From the NCBI GenBank assembly GCA_030141605.1, contig JAQGDQ010000238.1, positions 248,001 through 312,000 on the forward strand: a DNA stretch of 64,000 nucleotides, written 5' to 3'. How positions within the stretch are numbered: the first letter of the stretch is position 1; each line of letters starts with the position of its first letter. Position numbers and translations under genes: made by a program. The notes below the pieces were generated by a model that was given only the letters and a program-made list of their open reading frames with translations, did not search any database and was not told where the DNA came from. Origin of the DNA: Tubiluchus corallicola. Taxonomy: Eukaryota > Animalia > Priapulida. This document shows, piece by piece, positions 13,111 to 25,500 of the stretch.

Positions 13111-14263
13111 GTTTGGTTTTAGGATCATTGGGGTCAAGGTTGAACATTTTACACAGCCAAGGGTAGGTGACAGCCTTTAACACCACACGTGTTAAAACAA
13201 GTAAAGAAGTACCAATCACAATGCGTAGTACCAATAAACCCCATCCAAAGTTGGATGGCCAATTTATCGGGTAGGGCTTCGGCTCAATATACTCAGTCAG
13301 ATAACCTAGCTGATAATTGAGCCATGGTCCCAGCAAACCACCCAAAGCCACAGCTAGGCCCATAAATGTATCTGCCCTTGCTGTACTCCACTCATTTTTT
13401 GATGGATATAGAAGCGCTACCAGAAGACAACCTCCTATAGACCATACCGGAGAATAAGGATTCTTTAATAGAAAATGATCAATGGATGGCACCCATGTGA
13501 TAAATGGACCTAAAAGTAGAAACGTGTACAAAATCCCAGCAAACACATCTAGAAATGAATGCATTCCTAGGTAAACACGGCTGCAAGCCACCAGTGATAT
13601 CCACAAAATAGTTAGTACTACTGCAACCATTGTATCGAACTGGTATCGGCCAGTGGCAAAATATAGCAAAGAGCATGGAATCACTGTGCCAACCATAGCG
13701 TGAGTTGAAGGCATACCATACTCCGTGTCATACCGTTTTTCTAGCTTGATAACTGGGGGTGATGCAGGTCTCTCCATTCTGATAATGTCCTTTGTGATTT
13801 GTCCAATGCTGAAAACCATTATCCACGGAATCATTACGCGCCTGCACAAAAACCCATCCACGTTCCATATCATGAAGGGGAAGAAAGTAGAGTAAAATAC
13901 TTCGTTGCCCAGCGATGCACCAAACCAGAATAAATAATGGAGAAATTTATTATTTACAATATACAGTGTTTTATCTGTCAGAGGGTCTGTATTTTTAAGA
14001 TGTCTTCCAGTTGCTAGTTTTTTTGCAGAGATTTCTTTTTGATTGTGCTCAGTGGCAGCGTTCTGCGTAGAAGTCTCACGGTAAACACATGTGTTAGCAG
14101 CTATTCTACTCGGAGGTTGACTAGGCACGCCGTTTTGTATCACAGATGAGGAGTCAAGTTCATTTGTACTTTTCGGAATAATACCACACAGCTGTTGAAA
14201 ATCTGCAACCAAACGTGGCTCGTTCAGCCACAGAAGAATATTACCGATCTTCCCGGACGTCAT
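12977..14263 (-). CDS. SGPP: sphingosine-1-phosphate phosphatase (PAP2 family, multi-pass membrane), single coding exon, 428 aa
   Basis: PAP2 motifs KDIIRMERP, EYGMPSTH, SRVYLGMHSFLD; LGNEVFY and KFITY segments typical of SGPP1/2; multiple hydrophobic helices. Confidence 0.95.
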   Translation of the reverse strand: MTSGKIGNILLWLNEPRLVADFQQLCGIIPKSTNELDSSSVIQNGVPSQPPSRIAANTCVYRETSTQNAATEHNQKEISAKKLATGRHLKNTDPLTDKTLYIVNNKFLHYLFWFGASLGNEVFYSTFFPFMIWNVDGFLCRRVMIPWIMVFSIGQITKDIIRMERPASPPVIKLEKRYDTEYGMPSTHAMVGTVIPCSLLYFATGRYQFDTMVAVVLTILWISLVACSRVYLGMHSFLDVFAGILYTFLLLGPFITWVPSIDHFLLKNPYSPVWSIGGCLLVALLYPSKNEWSTARADTFMGLAVALGGLLGPWLNYQLGYLTEYIEPKPYPINWPSNFGWGLLVLRIVIGTSLLVLTRVVLKAVTYPWLCKMFNLDPNDPKTKQKLLIEFSYKFITYTAVSFNVTFTALHLFSLLNINQGLWHANVV

Positions 14264-14795
14264 CCTTACGCGAAAAATATTTTACTACATTATTACACAG
14301 TTACAGCTGCTGCCCGGTGCTTTTAACCATACCCAACCCTCAAACATTCGTCTTTTATAGCTGCTAAAATAAACTCTGGACTCATCGCACGATACACCGA
14401 TGCATATTTAATATAGAACTTTATATTGCAATGCAAATTAAGACACTGTCATTTATAAACTGTTTGTTTAACGTCGATCAAATATGGCACACAAAGAAAA
14501 CATTCACATCATTATAGACTGTGAGTGACTCAGCTTAACTGATCACTACCGCACTGCGTGCGCATTGTGGGAATTTAAATGGCATGAGCTCAGCATGCTG
14601 CCAACATGCTGCCAATGGAAAACCTTGACGTTGCTGTAGACCAATGCCAGACAAGTTTACGCAGTGTGAGTTCATACAGCGTGCAAGTTATAATTATGGC
14701 GGCAGTAAGCATCAGTATTCTGCGACACGTCAATCACTGTCCTTGAACGTCCTACCCTAGATAAAAATACCTGTAGAAAAAGTGGTAGGAGTTAT

Positions 14796-14798
<3 letters not shown>

Positions 14799-14863
<65 letters not shown>

Positions 14864-14970
14864 TTCTTTATTTGTCATTAACATGGTTCACTCATTATAA
14901 TAAAATTGAGTAAGCCTCAGCATAATGTTAAAATAACAACACTGTTCAAGACAAATGCGTCCAGTGCATA
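14799..14970 (-). repeat. (TA)n microsatellite as tail of a LINE 3' UTR fragment
   Basis: (AT)n 14799-14860 next to AATAAA (minus); ACACTGTTCA.GACAAATGCGTC..GTGCA shared with 39287-39316. Confidence 0.65.
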
Positions 14971-15699
14971 CTAAAAAAAACTAAAGTGCAAAACTAAGGC
15001 CTAATTATATACAATAAATGAACAAATTTACAAACACCATATTAAAATATTTTTACAAAACAATTTTACAAAAGTACATTAAATTTTACATGACATATTT
15101 TACACAATATACATTTGACATTACACAATTAACAGAAACATGCTTTACATTACATAAATTAAAAAAATAAAAAAAAAATAAAAAAGAAAAAATTTTCATA
15201 TTCGGTACATAAATTTAATTAGAGTTTAAAAACCAAGACTCCTATTTTTTAGTATTCTTCAGTTCCCACAGTAGCTTTCAATACATTGGTAACTGTGTGG
15301 TATCCGAAGTGTAACCTTGTTTGGCCGTTTTATATTTTAATTATGGCGGCGATTAGTTTGTACCATTCGTGGCCATAATTAAAAAATGATTTTTTTCAAG
15401 CACTGCATATTTACCTATCTACCTCCGAACTTACCTATCTACTTACCTACCTACCTACCAACTTGCTCACCCGTCTATCTACATATAAATATACACTTAC
15501 CTAACTACTTGCCAGACCATCTAAAATTGTTTTGACACGTGACATATTAACACAAGGCGCGAGAAATTGGACACAATGAAGTATGAACACACTGTTATCT
15601 TCCATTCCGTTATGTTCTGTGCTAGTCTATTCTGTGCTGCTCTCTACTGTGTTGTTCTGTACTTGTGTAAGTATATAATTATTAAATAAATACCTACAA

Positions 15700-15990
15700 G
15701 TAATTAATTGGTCGGCTTGTTGGTTGCTTAGTAGGTTGATTGGTTGGCCGGTGAGTGGGTAGGTTGTTTGTTTGGTTTATTGGTTGGTTAGCTGGTCGGG
15801 TAGTTGGTTGGATAGATTGGTGGTTGTTTAGTTGGTTGGTTGGTGTTGGCTAGTTGGGTTGATTGGTTGGTTGACTGGTTCGTTGGGTGGTTGGTTAGTG
15901 AGTGGGTAGGTTGTTTGTTTATTTGTTTGGTTTATTGGTTGGTTGGCTGGTTGGTTGGTTAGTTGCTTGGTTTATTGGTTGGTTGGTATA
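15700..15990. repeat. degenerate (TTGG)n
   Basis: Direct reading. Confidence 0.85.
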
Positions 15991-18199
15991 TTGTGTTATG
16001 GATTGAGTTGATACCCCTGTTTGTTTGTCTTTATGTATGCCTGATGCGCAAGGGATATTGGAAAGTGTGTCATTTTTGTGATATTAACTTTGTGGATTTC
16101 TATGGAGCCCCTGTGAAGGGCCACGTTAAGAAAATCTGCCACGAATCACTAATCCGTGCTATTTTCTCAGCGTGTCCCTTCGGAGGGGGGAGGGAGGGTC
16201 TATAGGACAACTTCCGTCAGATTTTGTGAAAATTCAGCTAAACATCGGTTACTGAAATCTTAAAATATCGCGGGCAGCCTAATGTGTCGATGTGCAGTAA
16301 ATAGATGGCAGTAAATGCTGACTGGCCAATGCATGCACGAGTCATGTCATGGATTTTGAAATTTCATGTCATGTCATTCATGAAATTTCAAAATTCATCA
16401 CGCAACACTTTCAACACGTTTTTGTCAAGATAAATCTTCATTTTACTTATATGTTGTCATTTCGTGACTGGTAATTAAAAGCCCTGTATAACCGCAACAG
16501 ACATTGAAATTTAACGCATAAATAATTCATAGTTATTGTTACACGAAAGAAACTTATAAATTAAATAACTTACCCTTTTTCTGGCGAATTTCGAACACCT
16601 GCATTGCCTTAAAGATCGCCATGTTTCACTTTTCTGGTTATGATTATTATTATATTATTATTATTATTACACAAAGAATTCATAGTTATTTTAACACAAA
16701 AAGAAACTTAGAAATTAAAAAAAAAAGATCGCCATGTTTCACGTTTTGGACGCGAGTGAGCAAGAATGACGTACGAGAGCGTCTTTGGTTACCGATCTTT
16801 GTTTACCAATCTATGGTGGCCTCGTGACTGCACTCATTACGTTATTCGTCTCGCGCAACGAAAATGACGGTTCTTCAAATTTAAAAAAATGATAAAAATC
16901 TAAAGAAACCAGCTTTACAGTAAGTTTTTAATAAGATAAATTGAATATTCCGTTTCGTAATGAGACTAGGATTTTAGCTTGTAAAAGCTTACAGTTATAG
17001 TCAGGGTTTAGCTGACGTTAAATTTATTATCATGTTTATCTCACTTTGCAATGACGACTAAAATATTGTGTTAATGTGCTTAAATTAATACAATTCGTCT
17101 TGACTACCACAACTGAAAAAATTCTGGACGTTCCTTTTCGCTACTGCTACCTGCTACATTGGATAGCTGACAGTATTGTAGAACTTTTTGTGCAAACGCA
17201 TATGTACTACTGTTTTTTAAATTTGTTTATTGCTTCAATTATTTCTGAAAGACGTTCGATCATTTCCTACAATTGACTTCACTGCTTTAATATAAAAAAG
17301 TTAAAACCAAAAATTGCATCTCTGGTGCCACATCTCCTGCTGTCAACTCCCATTCACCAATCTATTCCCAGCCACAATTTATACACAGCTAATAATCAAT
17401 AAAGCGCGCACTTTTCACATTGTGTTTTATACGGCAGATTTAATTCTCATTCGCAAAATCGTTCTGCTAGGACCTCTTACGTAACTGAAACGCGTTGGTT
17501 TTGAAGATTTCTAATATCACAATTGAGTTTGCGTACAAGCCCCTGTGATAATAATGACACCAATTCAATAAAAAAATTCATGTGTGTATAAAAACGATCA
17601 TTAGTATTGACTAATTTGCTTTCTAATGCTGGAGAGTGTCTAGGCGTGTTGCACGTGCACACAAATTTGAATGAAAGGTGAAAAAATAAATAAAATGGCA
17701 AAATAAAAAGCACTGGATTTGAACCAGCGATGTTAGCGTATCGTTTCAGTGTCTTTTTATCATAAAACACACGCGTCCGCAAAGCAATCATAGAGTAAAC
17801 GTCCAAAGAAAATTTTCTTCACTTTTTTTTATAGAAACTTAGCTGACAGTAATATGTCGAGTTTATTGTAGCGTAAGTTTAGATTGTAACCTTCCATGGC
17901 GTGTGCTTATACCTTCTGTAAAGGTTGTACAATAATAATTTAATAGATAAATTTAATACTATGTACCCTGCTATGTTAGTACGTTTATTTTAGTTTAGAT
18001 TGTGTGACAGCCATAAAATAATACAACAAAATAAATAAAAATACAAAATTAGTCAATAAAAACACAAAACAATAAACACACTAAAATAGTCAGTAGGATG
18101 TGGAAGAGATACACCAGAGATACACTGCTTAAGTGAGCCTAATAATGTGATACACAACATTACAGCATATTCTAAATAAAGTATTTTTAAACTGTGCAA

Positions 18200-18775
18200 T
18201 TTGTTTACATGTACCTATCGTAATACAAATACTGATTTAAACCCAAGGTTTTTTAAAAGTTTCCGGAATAATTTGGTACTCACTGCAGTGACCAAAGGAT
18301 GTCCATTTATATGTGATGGTCGGGAATTCCATATGGGCACCACACGATTTGAGAACAAATGACTAAGACTAGTTTTGGAAATACGTGTCTCACATGATTA
18401 CGCCTAGTATTATCGGCTATTGCAAGACTAAAAACATGTCACAGTCTAAATCCACTTTTTTGTTTATGATGTTATAACACGTGACTAAGTCGTTTTTAGA
18501 CGTGTTTCTTCAAGAGATTCTAAGCCTAGTAACTTAAGTCTCTCGTGGTAAAATACATAGTTTAAATTATATCTGTAGAAAACTCTACGTGTGAAATATC
18601 TTCGGACATTTTCTAGCATATCGATATCGCCATCATGGGATGGACACCAAGCAAGAGAGCAATATTCCATAATTGGCTTGACATATACCTTATAGGCCAT
18701 GAGACGCACATTAACAATACTAGTTTCGAATATTCGCAAAAACATGTTCACAATTCTACTAGCTTTTTCAGAAAA
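18200..18775 (-). mobile_element. CR1-like LINE ORF2 3' fragment
   Basis: AYKVYVKPIMEYCSLAWCP...IDMLENVRRYFTRR...YHERLKLLGLESLEETRL. Confidence 0.85.
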
Positions 18776-19029
18776 GTATGGAATAGTGGCATCAATATTT
18801 GAATATTAGATACACAATAGACAGTTGTCAATAAACTACACATTTGAACAATAATTTAATAGGTCTTATATTTAATTTAGTTGCCAACAAACTATGTACA
18901 AGATAGTTGTTATAAGTTTCATAACGACTTGCATAATTTCTCCTAATTACTGAAAAACCGTTTCTAATCTCACAATGTAAGTGGCAAACATTAAAAAGTG
19001 TTTTGTTACTTCTATAAATGCTAGTCAAG

Positions 19030-20772
19030 TCATAATGCACGTGAACTTTTTTTAAGCGCTTCGCTTGAATTTGCTGTGTTCGGTTTCACAAAAGTATTAA
19101 TACGGCTTGTTTTCAAAAGTTTTTCCAACAATTTCCATCCTTCACTGGGATTTTTGTAGTACTTCCTTGTCCAGGCATCTAATAACCAGTTGCTGTAACG
19201 TTTCACTTCAAAATATTTCAAATATTTATGGGAAGTTGGACTCGGAAAAATTCGGTGAAAACCTCCGCGTCGGCGATACTCATCCTCTGCTTCTACTAGC
19301 TCACGAACATCAGCTGGTGTGAGATCATCTAAAATATTTGCTAAAATTTCTTCGTCTGACGCGTTTTTCGTAAAGTGATTTCGTTTTGACTCTTCGTACG
19401 GCATGAGCGCTGAAGTATACAAAGACTTTGGCAACACAGGCCCTATAACTTTCTCGCTACGCCTTAGTTTTTGAAAAGAAGGCCTTCTGGTGACTGTTGT
19501 CCATTCTGGAACACGATGGCCAGCCAGGTTTAGCCGGTCCTGCACCATTTCTCCAACAAAATCGTACGCATAACCAGTAAAAGTGTTAACTTCCAACAAC
19601 CAAGGTTTCAACTGATAATCCAACATAACATCATATCCATACAGTTCATTGCAACAGTCAGGACTCTCCATATTGGTGCTCATCATATTGTACAAAACAG
19701 ATTCACTGCTTAAAAGCTGTTTCACAACAATATCTTTAATTTGTCTCCAAATCTTTTGTGTGTCAACTCCTTTCAGGTCCAGATAGCGCCATAATTTCTG
19801 CAGAGACCACACGTACTTTTCAAATATGTATTTTGGATTTTTTATGTTAACGTCCAGGTTAGTGAGGTGAACGAAATTATTTTCTAACTGATTAGCCTCG
19901 GTGGTGTAATTTTCCGTGGCGAATCTGACGCCACCAAGTTTATGCATATAAATCCTCAATGGCTCCAGTGAAGAAATAAACACGAATATTCTCATGTCAA
20001 ACTTCAAACCCTTGATGAGATATGGTTTTGTGATATACTGTTGGACAATGAGATCTTGTTCTAGGCTTGGTAGCTTTCCAATTGTCTCAATGACTTTGAT
20101 ACCTCTGCCCCGTCTCGAATCTGAAGGCTTATAAATCCACAGCCCGGGATTATCTTTCCAATGCTTGCAGAATTCTAACAACTCCTGCGGCAAAACAAAA
20201 GTCTGTGGTACGAAGTCGAATTTATCATTTGCATATTTTATCATTGCAGTTTTTATGTTTATCCACATACTATCTTTCCTCATGGCTTCTTCTTGTGAAC
20301 CAGGAAGCTGGTTGAATTTCTTATGTTTGCCCACAAACGGCCATGTCTGCTTCTTGGGATTGGTATTAGTATACGCCGTCCAATCTCCGCGTTTTGTCAA
20401 TTGAAAATTAGAAAGTAGTAATATCCTTTTCAGATACCTGAGGTCTTCATAGTCACCGTCGCCACTAAACTTCCACTTCAATTTCTTTTTAAGAGAACTT
20501 GGTAACTCCTTGGTTATTTGACCAGCCAAAGCGAAATTTATGACTGGTGCAATATTGGAGAAAAGACTTGGAATAACGGCAGGAATTAGTCGTGGACACT
20601 CACCTACCAGCGAATTATTCCACTGCGTATCTAGTCTAGGAAGTCCAATGGGAGCCGCTACATCACTTATAAGCATTTCTGCAATTACGAATGCTAAATG
20701 CCCATTTAGTAGTATGAGAATAATACCTGTGTAACGACGGTGCAATAACAATAATCTGGAAGGCAACATCAT
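19030..20772 (-). CDS. TTLL4: divergent TTLL4-like tubulin-tyrosine-ligase family ATP-grasp protein (~580 aa; alternative start ATG 20676)
   Basis: TTL motifs WIYKPSDSRRGRGI, QQYITKPYLI..KFDMRIFV, VRFAT, HLTN, ELYGYDVMLD..LKPWLLEVN; TTLL4-type flanks PSLFSNIAPVINF and LTPADVRELVEAEDEYRRRGGFHRIFP; uninterrupted ORF. Confidence 0.9.
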   Translation of the reverse strand: MMLPSRLLLLHRRYTGIILILLNGHLAFVIAEMLISDVAAPIGLPRLDTQWNNSLVGECPRLIPAVIPSLFSNIAPVINFALAGQITKELPSSLKKKLKWKFSGDGDYEDLRYLKRILLLSNFQLTKRGDWTAYTNTNPKKQTWPFVGKHKKFNQLPGSQEEAMRKDSMWINIKTAMIKYANDKFDFVPQTFVLPQELLEFCKHWKDNPGLWIYKPSDSRRGRGIKVIETIGKLPSLEQDLIVQQYITKPYLIKGLKFDMRIFVFISSLEPLRIYMHKLGGVRFATENYTTEANQLENNFVHLTNLDVNIKNPKYIFEKYVWSLQKLWRYLDLKGVDTQKIWRQIKDIVVKQLLSSESVLYNMMSTNMESPDCCNELYGYDVMLDYQLKPWLLEVNTFTGYAYDFVGEMVQDRLNLAGHRVPEWTTVTRRPSFQKLRRSEKVIGPVLPKSLYTSALMPYEESKRNHFTKNASDEEILANILDDLTPADVRELVEAEDEYRRRGGFHRIFPSPTSHKYLKYFEVKRYSNWLLDAWTRKYYKNPSEGWKLLEKLLKTSRINTFVKPNTANSSEALKKSSRAL

Positions 20773-21629
20773 AACACACAAGTCAGGTGACCTTATTGTG
20801 AAGTTAGGCCTATATTTTTGTTTTATGTATCTACATTATTTCTCACGAGAAAAAAACATAATTAACATTAATCATAATAGCACAACAAACGACGTAGCAA
20901 AAGGAATCCGCTTGTTAGTGTTCACACGACACTAAAGTAAAGTCAAGTCTAAGCAAAACTGAAGCTGGATATTATATACGACCTGCGTAGAGAACAGTAC
21001 GTAGAAAGCATGTGATGTCCCTTAAGGCATTCTCATTAGTGTCAAAAAACTGGTTTGTATGCAGTGCATTGAATTATTTATTCTAATTATTTATTATTTA
21101 TACTCCTCCCGGGTATTTTGGTTGAATGTGGTGAATAAAGCATTAACTTGTAGCGAACTACCATTACCTCATTGAACTGTTGCTAGAATTTTTGCGATAC
21201 TTTGTTAATGTCGTTTGCAGTTTGGTTAATGAAAGTTGTAAGCGTGACAGCGATTAACGGACCAAAAAGCATGAAATCTACACAAAATTCTTTTCGATCC
21301 ATTATGTTTATACAATTTTTATTGGCCGACCACGAACTCGCATGTTTCATTTTTTACAAAATTTCGCCATAACAGAAAAGTTGTTGGCAAATTCTTCATG
21401 AATCTTATTTTATCAATAATTCTTCCCGGATGTCCAGCTCAAATGAAAATGTTTAATTAATTAATTTAATTTAACTTAGATCGCCGTTTTTAATCAAAAC
21501 CGAAATACAAAATTATCTTATTTCCACATTTTTTGATCTCTTTGCCCTCTAAATTGCCCTTTAAATTTTAAAAATAATGTTTGTAAGTTAATGACAACAT
21601 TACCAAGATAAAATAAGATAATGCAAAGT

Positions 21630-21960
21630 AAGGAAAAGTGAGGTAAGGTACGGTATGGTACGGATGATAACGTATTGTAAGGAAAAATTGAAGTGAAGTG
21701 AGTTGAGTTGAGGTAGCGGAAGTAAGGTGAGAGGTGGGGCAAAATGAGATGAGGTAAGGTGGGATTAGGTGAAAGGAGGTGAGGTGAGGTGAGATATGAA
21801 TTGAGCTGAAACGAGCTACGTGACTGAAGCAGGACGAGAGGTGGTGCGAAATTAGATGAGGTGAGCTGGGATAGGTGAGGTGAGGTGAGGTGAGCTGAGA
21901 TGAGCTGAGCTAAGGTAAGGTGAGGTGAGGATAGGTAAGGTGAGATGAGGTGAAGGTGTA
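21630..21960. repeat. degenerate pentamer satellite (GTGAG)n
   Basis: Direct reading; explains ORF 21518..22039. Confidence 0.85.
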
Positions 21961-22579
21961 CATTACTGTGTAGATGAGTTAATATGAAATGATATATATG
22001 ATTTCCAATAAGAGATTTACTCAGAAGCTTGCATGCCACCTACATTTCACTTGCGACTTTTTCACACATTGTTGCTTCCGTCACGTGAGTTAGGAAAATA
22101 ATATGGTTCATATCAGTAGTTGGTGTCACTCTCATGTTTCATCAGAAAATTAATAGAATACTTGCGGTGTTGCTTTATGCACAATAATTGCAGAACTAGG
22201 TGGCATGTCGCCATTTTTAATAAATGCATAAAAATTAGTTCAAAATGGCTCACTGTATGTAAAGTCACCTGTTTCAGTTTGTATATGAGTGTGGTGCACA
22301 GTTTCTTGTTTAATATTTTGAAAATGAGGTGTCCCCATTTATCTGGAACTGGTACCTAAGCGTAGTTAAAAGGTGTACCCTATATAAAAGTGCGTGCGTG
22401 CGTGCCTATGTGTGTGTGTTGGTTTGTGTAGGAAAAAAGATAGATGAGTAGGTAGATTGGTAGGTAGGTGGCTAGGTAGGCAGCTAGGTAGGTAGGTAGG
22501 CGGTAGGTAGAGAGATAGATAGGTAGGTAGATTGGTAGGTAGGTAGCTACGTCAGTAGATAGGTAGTATTACATCACAG

Positions 22580-25500
22580 ATAGTAACGGGGAGTTTGATC
22601 TAATTGTGCCAGAGGAGCCTACATTTTCATCAAGTACGGCGTGCCTTTGATGGGCCATTACCCCGTGAATACAGTAATGAAAATCAGAAGTGACTCTTCG
22701 TCTAACCTCCGCAAGGTTTTTGACTTTAAGAATAGTGATTGGCACAGCTGGTCACATATTCTAGAACAGTACATACAAACAGACTTTCCAAACTTGTTAG
22801 CGCACATTCAAAGCAGGGATATCAATGTGATATGGGACAGGTTTCTGAATTATATTAAAAGAGCAAATGAAGACGCGTTGAACCGGAAAACTATTTCGTA
22901 CCACAGCGAACCTAACTGATCTGCCTAATGTCAAACGCTTAAGAAAAAATACCTCCAAGTTTCTAATGTGCCAAATAAACTAACATACTTAAAAGCAAAA
23001 GAGCGATTCAATAGTTCATTACCAGATGACTTGAACAATTGGGTGAACAAAAACACGAGGGTATTAAACGTCTGTCAAGGGAAAGCGTTCTGGAAAAAAT
23101 GCATGAAAAACTTTTGATGATGAAAGGTCAGATGTAATAATTAAGACATTAAAACACCATATCAAATTTTTCCAGAGGTGAACATTTACAAGAATTCGCC
23201 TTTGACAATCAATGGCTACAGGAAGTGCAGAACTTTGTCTAGCAACAATGTCCACAAACTGCTCAACCTGCGTGGTTTAACGAAGAGTTCACAATGGCAG
23301 GACTTGCAATTAAGACTATAAAGACGAGTGTCAATAGTTTGGATACAGATGGCTGCCATCCATTAATGGTTATACACATGGGTTTCTCGTTAAAGGCAGT
23401 TTTTAAATCATGTTAGCATATGTTCAGAATGCAGCCAGTGGGTTTTGGCAAAATGCGAAAGTTGTGTTTTTTGTTTAAAATCAGATTACAGTGACCCTAG
23501 TAATTATAGGCCCATCACAATTACATCTTATTATAGTAATTTAGCCGAAAAACTAATTGAAAATAGATTGCGAACTGAATTTGACTACTAAAATTTATTA
23601 GACAATAAACAAGTAGGGTTTAGGCCAGGAGGTAGTACCATCAGATATCTGTACAGGCTTATATCTAACATTGAAAGGCAAATTAAAAACAACAAGCTAG
23701 GAAGCATAGCTGTATTTTGTGACTTTAGTAAGACTTTTGGATAGCGTTTGGTGTCATGTTTCGCCCTACATTTAATAGTTCTCACATTATGCTTATGCAA
23801 CATTAAGCCCTATTCACACTGCATATTTAATTAATTGATATGTATGATGTTTAGCTACTGGCAGTGATAGTTAATTTGTATTATTAATTTTTGATATTTT
23901 GTTAGGATGTAGGCACCTACTAACAAACCCCCTTTTGAATTCCGTCTGACCCACTCTTGTCTGCCCTATCGCAGCTATAATGCAGTGGCTAAGTCAAGGT
24001 TAACGATAGTGCACAGGTGAATAAAATTATAGCTGTTTAAGCGAGTGGCTTCTCGATGAACTTCGTTCAGCACTGTTTAGATAGAGACGGCAACGTGACA
24101 CAGAACGAGACAGGTCGTTTATTCGTATCTGTGAAGTTATATTTTTTTGAAGAGAAATGCCGTACTAGAAAGTTTCACACAAGATACGGTGTGTAATGTA
24201 CATGGTGATACTGTGAGAGCCTCTTTGTTGTAACCTGTGGCCGTCAACCAGAGTTGTCTCAGAGATGCTGGCTGCAGTCTGCAGTAGTGGAGTTAGCCAC
24301 TGACTGACAGATGGATCGACTGATAACGTAAACATCACGTATACTAGCCTAATGTTCTTCTATGCTACTTGCTGGGTAAAGACTAATTGGTAGTTTCTCT
24401 GACGAAGTTTGGAATCACAACTGTATTCAGACGCAGAGGTTATATTACGACGTATTGCTACCGTTCTACAAACTGCTCGCTTTAAAGGAAAAGTGTTCTA
24501 AAAAAAACCTGGGTACATAGTGGGCAGACATGAACTTTATGCAAACGTATATACCCTACTAACCCCAAGCTTTGTCAATATTGCTATATTTTTGTTAATA
24601 TTGAACTTTTGCTTAAACTGAATCACTTTGGAATTTGTTGATGATTAGATTGTTTGATTAATTATTTTAATGTCTGCCATTTGATCTTTCTTTTCCTTCA
24701 GATCCATTGGTGTATAGAGTGCAAATAGGCCATAGTCCCCCGTATTTTTAACATCCTCCTTGGGCCGATCTGCATCCATACATGTAGTGACTATGATACT
24801 AGCTCCCGTCTGTTATGAGATGTAAAACTAACACAGCATGCCCCTCTTTGGATTGATGGGCTGATATGGAAATTGTTTCAAAGAGGTATTCAAGGAAAAA
24901 TGCTGAGGCTAATTGTGTCTTTGTTGAAAAATCGCAATATTTATCTTAAGGTCAATACTTTTATCTCACAAACTCATTCGTGCGATACTGGTTTGCCACA
25001 AGGTTCAGTGCTATCACCAATTTTGTTTTTGTTTTATGTGGCAGACATGATTGATCATAACGATAATGATAACTTCTCAAAATATAAATATGCTGACGAC
25101 AGCACTTTCCTAGTAGCAAACAGATCAATGTATGGTGCATATGTAGAAGCACAAAAACAATATGACAAGCTGTATAGGTGGTGTAATAGATGGCGCCTGA
25201 ATGTCAACTGTGCGGTTAACAAAACCGAGGCCGTTATCTATAAAACCTTGTAAAATTTAAAATTTGACCTCACACCACCAAATTTTCGCTTCACCAATAT
25301 GCAGATTAAGTATACGGACAAAACTAAGGCGTTAGGTGTTACGGTTGACAAAGAACGGAGCTTCTCTGTTCATGTAACAGACGTGTGGAAAAAATCATAG
25401 AATAAAGGGCAAAAAAATTAAGAGAATCCGTTTTAAATATAGAGGACTGAAGCTGGCTTCAATTACTAATCTAGCTAAAACAGTGGTGCTGCCCACATTG

